Below, in pieces: positions 45,355-52,730 of a stretch of DNA of 64,000 nucleotides. The translations under genes were made by a program, and so were the position numbers. The notes below the pieces were generated by a model that was not told the origin of the DNA, did not search any database, and saw only the letters and a list, made by a program, of their open reading frames with translations. The stretch's first letter is position 1, and every line of letters begins with the position of its first letter. This DNA is from a virus: positions 2,667 to 66,666 of IMG/VR virus record IMGVR_UViG_3300031720_000002. One strand, written 5' to 3'.

Positions 45355-45383
45355 ATCATAACAAGATTAATCCCATCGTGCAA
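45355..45383 (-). promoter_or_regulatory. Repeated early promoter P7
   Basis: TTGCAC-N17 (ending CTTGT)-TATGAT. Confidence 0.85.
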
Positions 45384-45397
45384 CAACTCTCGCACAC

Positions 45398-45434
45398 AAA
45401 GATGGGACCCATCGGGAGGGTGATGGGTCCCACC
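45398..45434 (-). terminator. Intrinsic terminator after tRNA/ncRNA
   Basis: Minus strand GGTGGGACCCATC-8nt-GATGGGTCCCATC-TTT. Confidence 0.8.
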
Positions 45435-45436
45435 TT

Positions 45437-45660
45437 GTCACCAGCTTCACAGGCTCCCTCATCAGTCCCTCGCAGCGATCACGACGGAAAGAGGTCCAAG
45501 CGCCTCCGCCTAGCTTTGCATCCCACTAGCCTGTCGTTCTCAGGTCTGCCGGACTGTGGAGGCCCTAGGCCTGTTGATCCACTTTTGCCGGGTAGTAAGA
45601 TGACACATGGCCCGAGTTCAATGAAGTGTAGCTGTGATCTCATTGAAAGTGAAGTAAGCC
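45437..45660 (-). ncRNA. Candidate structured ncRNA (about 220 nt), family unknown
   Basis: No credible ORF; nested stems CTTCAC/GTGAAG, TTCAATGA/TCATTGAA, CGGG/CCCG, GATCA/TGATC, GCCTCC/GGAGGC, CCTG/CAGG, CTAG/CTAG; between tRNA-Met and a terminator. Confidence 0.55.
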
Positions 45661-45683
45661 ACACAAACGCACCGAGCCATGCG

Positions 45684-45759
45684 TAGCGGCGGGCGGATTT
45701 GAACCACCGATCTCAGACTTATGAGGCCTGCGAGGACGACCGAGCTCCTCTACACCGCT
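45684..45759 (-). tRNA. tRNA-Met(CAT), initiator-like, no encoded CCA
   Basis: AGCGGTG/CGCCGCT acceptor, GAGG/CCTC D stem (A11-U24), CAGGC-CTCATAA-GTCTG, GGTGG-TTCAAAT-CCGCC. Confidence 0.92.
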
Positions 45760-45851
45760 ATGGCACGCAACGCGCGGAGAGCGAGAACGCTACATCTCAG
45801 CCAGAAAGGATTAGAAGGAAGCGTCCTCATGGCCGCGCGTTGCTTGCAAGT

Positions 45852-46094
45852 CTACTGTACCAGGTCTGCGTCACACGTGGTAGGCGACTCTGCCACACGG
45901 CGATGCATGAATGCGTGCATGTCGTGTCCCATCCACATCATGATCTCAGTGACTGCGCCGATGGTCGCACGATCTAGCTTATCAGCTCGCTCTGCTGGCT
46001 CGTCGCCATTCTCGTACGAACACTCCCAGTGGTGTGTCTCGTCGTTGAAGACCCAGAACCACGCTTCGTCATCAATGATCAGCACGAATTTCAC
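45852..46094 (-). CDS. Hypothetical protein
   Basis: AAGGAG RBS. Confidence 0.5.
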   Translation of the reverse strand: MKFVLIIDDEAWFWVFNDETHHWECSYENGDEPAERADKLDRATIGAVTEIMMWMGHDMHAFMHRRVAESPTTCDADLVQ

Positions 46095-46103
46095 GTACGC
46101 TCC

Positions 46104-46340
46104 TTATCGACCGTTGCGCGTGATGATCTGATGCTTGATGTCGTCGTAGTAGTCCTTCGTGATGAGAATGCGGAAGCGCGTGCTGCCCGTGTGACCGATG
46201 CTGATGAACGCGACGACACCCGTGCCGTACTGCTGCACTTCTTCGTCGGTAGGCCGATCAGCCTCGAAGGAGAAGACCTGATCGAGGTTGACGAGCATCT
46301 CGTAGGCGTTGATGTCCTTGATGAGGATGAAGTTACTCAC
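46104..46340 (-). CDS. Hypothetical protein
   Basis: GTG start overlapping the upstream gene; MLVNLDQVFSF. Confidence 0.5.
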   Translation of the reverse strand: MSNFILIKDINAYEMLVNLDQVFSFEADRPTDEEVQQYGTGVVAFISIGHTGSTRFRILITKDYYDDIKHQIITRNGR

Positions 46341-46611
46341 TGATCTCACCCTGCCCATTGCAGCGAGAGCAGACGACGTAGCCCTTGCCCGCATCGCCGC
46401 AGTCACTAGCCTCGCAGTCGTACGAGCCCTCACCCTCACACTCGACGCAGGTGTCATCGTCGACGACGCCCTCACTGTCGCAAGCGTCGCAGGGCTCGCC
46501 ATCGCCCGTACCGCCGCACTCGTCGCAGGCGACCTCACCATCGCCACCACAGTCGGGACACGTCTTGATGTTCTCGTCCTCGTCGACGTCGTTCGGGTCG
46601 ATGTCAGCCAC
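46333..46611 (-). CDS. DnaJ-like Cys-rich Zn-finger protein
   Basis: Repeated CxxCxGxG (CPDCGGDG, CDECGGTG, CVECEGEG, CSRCNGQG); GGAGG RBS. Confidence 0.8.
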   Translation of the reverse strand: MADIDPNDVDEDENIKTCPDCGGDGEVACDECGGTGDGEPCDACDSEGVVDDDTCVECEGEGSYDCEASDCGDAGKGYVVCSRCNGQGEISE

Positions 46612-46939
46612 TGGTTGCCTCCGTGTTCTTGCGGGACGGACAGTACACACGTCCCATGAGTGTAGTGATGCGCGGCTTGACGTACGCCGCGATGGAGCCG
46701 AGGCAGACGTACGAGGTGTCGATGCCGTTCTTCTCGAACCACTCGTCGACGTGACGGTGCGCTCGTCCGAGCGTCTCTTGCGGAACTGCGACGCCAAAGC
46801 CGCGCACGCCCGCGATCCAGATCTTCATGTCTGGGCAGACCGCGATCTCGAGGACCGACTCGCCCTCGCCATCGAGGTAGTGGAAGAGCTCGAAGTAGTC
46901 GCCGTCGCTCTTCCCGACGTAAGTGACGTCCATCATCAC
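46604..46939 (-). CDS. Hypothetical protein
   Basis: GAGGAGG RBS; coupled to neighbours. Confidence 0.55.
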   Translation of the reverse strand: MMMDVTYVGKSDGDYFELFHYLDGEGESVLEIAVCPDMKIWIAGVRGFGVAVPQETLGRAHRHVDEWFEKNGIDTSYVCLGSIAAYVKPRITTLMGRVYCPSRKNTEATSG

Positions 46940-47048
46940 TCATCCTCCTCGTCACTGTCGATGAGGTTATACCGCTTCTCGATCCACAAGATCCATCGCT
47001 GCATGTTGGGCAGCAGGAGTGCCAGAATCATGCTGAGGATGATGCCGA

Positions 47049-47261
47049 TCACTTCGCTGCCTCTTTCGTGTGACGCATGTCAGTGCGCGTGGTGATGACC
47101 TGGATCTTGCGAAGCAGCGCCTCGAGAGCGTCCCAGTCGAGCTCGTCAACCATCTGAAGGGCACGCTCGTAGTACGAGCTCGACCGCAGCCACTCGATCT
47201 TCAGCTGAGGGAGCTGGAAGCGCTCGCGGATGATGTTCTCGTACAGGTTGTTGAGTCGCAT
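47049..47261 (-). CDS. Hypothetical protein
   Basis: TGATG overlap start (MRLNNLY...). Confidence 0.45.
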   Translation of the reverse strand: MRLNNLYENIIRERFQLPQLKIEWLRSSSYYERALQMVDELDWDALEALLRKIQVITTRTDMRHTKEAAK

Positions 47262-47415
47262 CAGAGGTCCTTGCCCTTCGTCTCGAGGCACGCAGTGCAG
47301 GTGACCTGCCACCACTTGCCGGGATACTTCTCCACGTTGACGCGCTCGTCGCCGGAGGTGGTGCTGCCGCACCGCTTGATGCCACGGCTGCTGGCCGCGT
47401 GTACGATGTTCATCA

Positions 47416-47634
47416 TCACTCCTCAACGCCGATCGCGATCATCAGGTTCTGGTCAGTGACGTGCTGGACCCAGATGTGATCGATCTGCAGGAAGCAAGCG
47501 ACCCACGCGATCGCGTCGTCCATGTCGCCAGTGGGAACCATGAAGCTGAACAGCTCGCCATCGTGCGTCAGCTGGAAGCCCGTCTCGCCCGTGCGCTCGA
47601 GCTTCGTAACGTTCGTCTTCTGTCCGTTCGTCAT
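47416..47634 (-). CDS. Hypothetical protein, leaderless
   Basis: ATG 6 nt after the P8 -10. Confidence 0.6.
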   Translation of the reverse strand: MTNGQKTNVTKLERTGETGFQLTHDGELFSFMVPTGDMDDAIAWVACFLQIDHIWVQHVTDQNLMIAIGVEE

Positions 47635-47640
47635 GCGTTT

Positions 47641-47669
47641 ATCATATCAGGACTAATGAGGATGTGCAA
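47641..47669 (-). promoter_or_regulatory. Repeated early promoter P8
   Basis: TTGCAC-N17 (ending CCTGA)-TATGAT. Confidence 0.88.
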
Positions 47670-47851
47670 CCCGATGTGACCACTTCCAGAAATACCACGG
47701 CCAAGTGAGTGAGGCGTAGATGATCCACGCGATGGCAAGGCCACCTAGGACCGCCGCACCCATCAGGCCGACGAAGAACCACGTGATGACCTCTTGAAGG
47801 CTAAGGCTGCCTCCCTGCTCCATTTGCTCCATACGACCATCATACCAAGAA

Positions 47852-48190
47852 CTACCAACCGCGGTCCCACGCGGAACAGTATGCGCGTATGGACGACACG
47901 AGCTGGAGTTCAATGAGCCACTCTCGCGCGAAGAGTTCGCCACGCTCCTTACGACGAGCGTCGACCTGGCGCCAGATGAAGCGGTTGCGCTTGTCACTGC
48001 GATGGATCTCGAGCACCTGCATGATCCACGTTGCGTGCCGCTTCGTGCAACCCAGGTTCTCGGCGACTTCCTTGTGAGTGAGGTCATCGTCGTAGATCCA
48101 CGTCGTGAGACGCGGGCGAAGGTGCTCGTACGTACCCGCCTCTCGAGCGCGGAATACGCGCACTGCGAGACTGAGGTTGTTTGCGCCCAT
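47852..48190 (-). CDS. HTH DNA-binding protein
   Basis: LTHKEVAENLGCTKRHA. Confidence 0.6.
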   Translation of the reverse strand: MGANNLSLAVRVFRAREAGTYEHLRPRLTTWIYDDDLTHKEVAENLGCTKRHATWIMQVLEIHRSDKRNRFIWRQVDARRKERGELFAREWLIELQLVSSIRAYCSAWDRGW

Positions 48191-48390
48191 CAGTGGCCTT
48201 CTTCGTTCTTCATCTGCTCAGTGAGGTCGTATCCGAGCTCCGCGAGTAGATCAGGTCGCAACTGCTCGTTAATCTCCCGAGTAATGGTCTTACGACCACG
48301 CATCCGGCCAGACTTGCGCATGAGGCGACTCGTCTCGCCACACGGGTACCCGTAGTACCACGCGCCATCACGGCCAAGCATGTTGCTCAA
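48190..48390 (-). CDS. Hypothetical protein
   Basis: Coupled between terL and the HTH gene. Confidence 0.4.
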   Translation of the reverse strand: MSNMLGRDGAWYYGYPCGETSRLMRKSGRMRGRKTITREINEQLRPDLLAELGYDLTEQMKNEEGH

Positions 48391-50076
48391 TCACAGCCTC
48401 CCGCCTTGCATGGGACCTCCGCCATAGAGGTCGACATCGACCATCATACCAGCGCGCACCCTCTGCAGGGTCGCGCCGTCCAGACGACCGGGTCCCGCCA
48501 CTCCACCCAGTGGTGTGAGGTTCCGCGTCAGGTCCACATCCATGTTGGCGTCTGGGAGCTTGACCTCGGAGAACGGGTCGTAGAACGCTAGGAGGAGTGC
48601 CTCCGCGCGGTCGGGAGAGGCACCCAACCGCTCGATGATCTTGTCCTTGGGCTCGATCTTGATCTTACCGAAGGAGTCTAGGACCTCGTACGTCGAGACT
48701 GTAAGTTCTGCAATGACATCGTCATCGACCTCTCCAAGGTCCCAACGTCGGAGGCGAGAGTATTCACGACCAACAGTCCAGTAGACCTCTGCTCGCTTGT
48801 TAAGATACTGCTTCTCTCGACCCTCAGTCGGACGCTCTCCAAAGTTGACAGCCACCACCTCAGCAGAATGAGTTGTAGTGCCATCCAGAGTTCCCGCATG
48901 ATTGTGAACTGAGCTAAGCTCTCTAAGTCTCCCTGTGAGAGCCCAACCGATGCCGATCGAGTCGATCTTGACACGCGTCAGTCCCCATTCGTTGATGCAC
49001 TGGACGAGGTGTCCGATGGATCGCATGGGATCGGCGTCAACGAACACCTCTTCCCGTCCAGCTCGAAAACCCCGTCGCTCCCGAAGAACGGTCCTATCCC
49101 CACCCGCACCCACGTCGATCCCACCTTCAGCGACGTCATGCGGATTTTCCGGGAATTCCAAATCCCGACAAGCGACTGCCCATGCGTAAGGAATTGTTCC
49201 CGATGTCCCCTCGAGGGGGAACTGCCCCTCGCACTTGCTGGTGAAGATGGCACTGCCCTGTCCCCACTTCTTACGACGTTCGTCTACCCAGCGTGGGGAG
49301 ATCAGTGAGTCGCGGACGATCTCCTCGACAGGCTCGCCCGTGAAGTTTGGCGTGTGCTTGTACCCGACGTGGATGACGTTCCACCCCGAACCTTTATGAC
49401 AGTTCGCGGCGAACTCCCCGAAGGGATCATCGGGGTTACCGATCGCCAGTGTGCGACTATGCTCATTCGAAACGATTGAGGAGCCTGCGTCCCAGAGATC
49501 CTTCGGAATGCCACACGCCTCATCGAGTACCAGCAGTACATAGCGAGCGTGGATTCCCTGGAAGGCGGTAGGATCCTGGTCCGCAGGTTTACGACCGAAG
49601 GCGACGAGTTCCTTGCCGATGTACCACTCACTCAGGTTCGTCCTGCCCGCGAGACCAGCTCGAGTGTGCAGGCGGTTAATCTCTCGCCACAACACGGCCT
49701 TGACCTGCTTATCAGTCGGAGCCGTTGTGACGACGAAAGCCTCACCCACCGGGTGAACATCCAGCCACCAGGCAACCGTCGTAGCCGCAACGAAGGACTT
49801 ACCGATGGCGTGGCAGGAGTGGACGGCCGTCTGAGCATGATCGCGAACGCTCTCGATGATCTCACGTTGCTTACTCCAAAGGTGGACGTCGGCGCGTTCC
49901 CTCGCCCAGCGTGCGGGGTCCTTCTTGTAGTTCAGGCCACCGCGGTCGAAGATGTCTAGTGCGCGATTGATCGCGACTTTCTTGCCCGCACTACGCACTC
50001 CTCGAGGGTCCAGGAGCAGCTCCTCGAGCTGCGCCATGGAGAGACCCTCAACGCCGTGGATCTTTCGCCCTGCCAT
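48391..50076 (-). CDS. terL: Terminase large subunit
   Basis: SCHAIGKS Walker A, TAPT, VLDEAC Walker B, IGNP, GIDVG, SPDRAEAL; leaderless after TGGTAAGAT. Confidence 0.95.
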   Translation of the reverse strand: MAGRKIHGVEGLSMAQLEELLLDPRGVRSAGKKVAINRALDIFDRGGLNYKKDPARWARERADVHLWSKQREIIESVRDHAQTAVHSCHAIGKSFVAATTVAWWLDVHPVGEAFVVTTAPTDKQVKAVLWREINRLHTRAGLAGRTNLSEWYIGKELVAFGRKPADQDPTAFQGIHARYVLLVLDEACGIPKDLWDAGSSIVSNEHSRTLAIGNPDDPFGEFAANCHKGSGWNVIHVGYKHTPNFTGEPVEEIVRDSLISPRWVDERRKKWGQGSAIFTSKCEGQFPLEGTSGTIPYAWAVACRDLEFPENPHDVAEGGIDVGAGGDRTVLRERRGFRAGREEVFVDADPMRSIGHLVQCINEWGLTRVKIDSIGIGWALTGRLRELSSVHNHAGTLDGTTTHSAEVVAVNFGERPTEGREKQYLNKRAEVYWTVGREYSRLRRWDLGEVDDDVIAELTVSTYEVLDSFGKIKIEPKDKIIERLGASPDRAEALLLAFYDPFSEVKLPDANMDVDLTRNLTPLGGVAGPGRLDGATLQRVRAGMMVDVDLYGGGPMQGGRL

Positions 50077-50267
50077 GAGCAGATCTTACCAGGAGTACTG
50101 CGTTGCCCAGTGTGATGGGCATCGCGAACATCGCCACGAGCATCAAGAGTTCACGCACAGTCGTCTCCTACACAGTCGACTGTGACATTCGGGACCATAC
50201 CCAATCCAGCACATGGCGCAACACGTCTTACCACGCTTATCCGTGAGACGTCCGCAACGGCATCTCA

Positions 50268-50513
50268 TTACCACGTCCTCATCAGTTCTCTCGCAGTGTT
50301 CCACATCGCCTCGAGCAGCTGGCCCAGTGGCGATGCGATCATCAGCAGGCCACCCCACAGGACAGCCGTGACGAGCCACTCGAGGAGTCGCGTGCGCCAT
50401 GCCTTCCATGGCACTTGCCACCAGTGCCACCACCGGTGTCTCATCTCCACGCGCTCGAGGCGTGTCTCGTGAGCTGCGGCCAGTCGTACATCTTCTGTCG
50501 TGATCGTCGTCAT
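50268..50513 (-). CDS. Small membrane protein
   Basis: Trp-rich segment plus TM; leaderless after TGTACAGT. Confidence 0.45.
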   Translation of the reverse strand: MTTITTEDVRLAAAHETRLERVEMRHRWWHWWQVPWKAWRTRLLEWLVTAVLWGGLLMIASPLGQLLEAMWNTARELMRTW

Positions 50514-50657
50514 AACAACGACTGTACAACATCTCGTCCAGGTGCGTCCCAAACTGTCACCGAGTCGACAACTACGGACGCGGCCAGAACTCTCCGCTAC
50601 CGCTCCCTGGCGTACGCAGACGCGTGTCTACGGACGTACGTCTGCGTACGCTAGAAG

Positions 50658-50888
50658 CTAGCTTGCAGCCGGACCGAGGTCCTTCACGGTGACGCGGCAG
50701 GTCCGCCCACCAACCTCGAAGTCGTACACTGCCTCCTCGGCCCCCGTCTCACTTGCCCAGTGGCCAACTCGTCCCGCCAGTCGTTCCTCGTTGTTCGCGA
50801 TGTCCGTCAGGAATCGGTCCTGCAACGACCCATCACGCCACAGAGAGACATCCATGCGCGTGCTTCCTTTCCCTTGCATATCGCTCAT
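50658..50888 (-). CDS. Hypothetical protein
   Basis: Minus-strand run; internal Met after GGAAG may be the start. Confidence 0.45.
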   Translation of the reverse strand: MSDMQGKGSTRMDVSLWRDGSLQDRFLTDIANNEERLAGRVGHWASETGAEEAVYDFEVGGRTCRVTVKDLGPAAS

Positions 50889-51222
50889 CCAGTACGCGCT
50901 TCACGTACTCTTCCCGCATCACCGTGATGTACTTCGGCGGACGTCCCTGTCCCCACCGCAATCGTATACCAGCTCGACGCAGTGCGCATGTCACCGCGAC
51001 CGCAGTGGAGGGCGGATCCAGCAGCATGGCGATCTCTGTCGCTCCCATGCCGTCCTTGATGTACTGCTCCACCTCGTCGTACTCATCCGCAGTCCACACC
51101 CAGCGGCTGCCGTCACGGCGGAACATGCGACCACGCTCATCGGGCTGCATGACGCGAGTCCGACGCCACTTCTTCCGTCCCGAGGGGTAGCGCTCCACAC
51201 GCGCCTCCACGTCATCTGTCAT
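50833..51222 (-). CDS. HTH-like protein
   Basis: WTADE...GMGATEIAMLL...AVAVTCALRRAG; leaderless after CCTGA-TACGAT. Confidence 0.6.
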   Translation of the reverse strand: MTDDVEARVERYPSGRKKWRRTRVMQPDERGRMFRRDGSRWVWTADEYDEVEQYIKDGMGATEIAMLLDPPSTAVAVTCALRRAGIRLRWGQGRPPKYITVMREEYVKRVLDERYARERKHAHGCLSVA

Positions 51223-51234
51223 GCAGATATCGTA

Positions 51235-51969
51235 TCAGGAAGCGCTGCTCTCGAGGGCGAACTGGAGCTCATTACGCAGTACAGCGCGTGCCGCATCGAG
51301 CATCGCATCGCTCATGCCCGCCTTCTCCAGTTCAGCGAGAACGCGTGTGAACGTCGATGCCAGGGCCTCGCCCTGTCGCAGCTCCTTCTCGATCAGCAGC
51401 TGAGCCACGCCAGCGTCGATCGCCGCCTTCGAGAACTTCGCGAGGTTCGTTCGCTCCAGTTCTGACTTCTCCACCCACCACGTCATGTTCCGCCCAGTGG
51501 TGAGTTGCCCATCCTCACTCACTCCCGTTGGCTCGTCCTCATCGACTCGACCCTCGAGCTCCTTGTCGTCCACCGCGCTCGCCAAGACCGACTCGATGTA
51601 CCGCAGTCGTCCCGCCGTGATGCGGATCACCATGAGCAGTGCCTCCCACGGAGACACGTCCAGCTCTTCCGCGAACTTATGTGCCATGAACCAAGCTCCC
51701 CTCGCTCGTCCTTCCTTCTTCGCCCCACCGTGCGCGACACACTTGCCACCAAGACCTGCGTACTGCGTCCCTTGCCCAGGAATGCGCCAACACGCTCGTC
51801 CCGCGTACACACCCCTCTGAATGATCGTCCCACAGATCTCGTTGGGACCGTGATGCTCCGCCCAATACCCCGTGACGTATTCGTACGCTTCCTGTTGCCA
51901 TCGGCTCAGGAGTGATACGCGCGAGTCATCGGTGATCATGGGCGCACCATCTTCCACGTAAGTCTCCAC
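51235..51969 (-). CDS. Terminase small subunit-like protein
   Basis: CG...C...KCVAHGG motif, AIDAGV helix; upstream of terL. Confidence 0.6.
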   Translation of the reverse strand: METYVEDGAPMITDDSRVSLLSRWQQEAYEYVTGYWAEHHGPNEICGTIIQRGVYAGRACWRIPGQGTQYAGLGGKCVAHGGAKKEGRARGAWFMAHKFAEELDVSPWEALLMVIRITAGRLRYIESVLASAVDDKELEGRVDEDEPTGVSEDGQLTTGRNMTWWVEKSELERTNLAKFSKAAIDAGVAQLLIEKELRQGEALASTFTRVLAELEKAGMSDAMLDAARAVLRNELQFALESSAS

Positions 51970-52376
51970 ATTAAAGGATCAGTCGACAAGACTTCACGAT
52001 GAGGCTCCATCTCAACGATCTCGCCGCCCAAGATTCGTGCTTCTCGTTGCGCCATTGCCAGAACCGCATCACGCGCATGCTGTACGTATTGCGGCGCCCA
52101 CCAATCATGATCTGAAATACACGTGATGGTCGTGACGTTGCGTCCTCGTTTGTCGACCCAGTTAAGAACAACAGCGCTGAAAAGATCTTCGAGTGGTCGT
52201 TCAAGATACTTTGGGAGTTCACGACGCACATCATCATTTGGGCAAATGTTTCCATCAAGACATGACTGCAGATGCGCTTGCTTCACGTGAATGTCTAACG
52301 CCGCTTGCGCAATCGACACGCCACGCGCACGCAGCATTTTCTTCGCAGGTTGCTCACCAAACTTAGTAGGTCTCAT
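51936..52376 (-). CDS. XRE-like HTH protein
   Basis: GVSIAQAALDIHVKQAHLQSCLDG...PLEDLF; noticeably lower GC. Confidence 0.6.
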   Translation of the reverse strand: MRPTKFGEQPAKKMLRARGVSIAQAALDIHVKQAHLQSCLDGNICPNDDVRRELPKYLERPLEDLFSAVVLNWVDKRGRNVTTITCISDHDWWAPQYVQHARDAVLAMAQREARILGGEIVEMEPHREVLSTDPLMWRLTWKMVRP

Positions 52377-52379
52377 ATT

Positions 52380-52730
52380 GCTAACCTTAAACTATTTTAC
52401 GAAAAGTGTAAAATTGAGTGATCTCGCTGCATCTCTTGATCAACGACGATTGTAACCTTGAAAGCAACCACGTCCGATTTCTACCCCTTGCGTACCCGCG
52501 CGTCGCATACGGGGTAGTACATGGTACTACCCCATTCTCTCTTACAAGCTTACAGAGAGGAGAAGACAAAATAATCTATCTGGTACTACGCAAGATCAAT
52601 CACTATAAGTGGGTCTTTCATCTCCGTTACAAAACCGCTTATAACGGGACAAGGTGAGGATGCCCAAATGGCGTAAGTCCTGCGCATCCTCACCTTGAAA
52701 CGCATTTGTATCCTAGGCTAATCCGCGCGG
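52380..52730. other. AT-rich non-coding region with palindromes (candidate origin or packaging site)
   Basis: GGGGTAGTAC-ATG-GTACTACCCC (52511-52533); CAAGGTGAGGATGC/GCATCCTCACCTTG (52650-52697); AT tract at 52387-52418. Confidence 0.5.

Noticed and set aside
45445-45470. Hammerhead ribozyme suggested by CTGATGAG on the minus strand
   Set aside because: No GAAA after a stem II and no matching stem III/UH cleavage site
45437-45660. SAM-I riboswitch (GAGGGACTG and CCCGGCAA words)
   Set aside because: The words occur in the wrong order and the element is followed by a terminator and a fresh promoter, not a regulated gene
42430-47670. CRISPR array or attC-like cassette repeats
   Set aside because: Repeats are degenerate promoter consensus separated by whole genes; no cas or integrase gene is present
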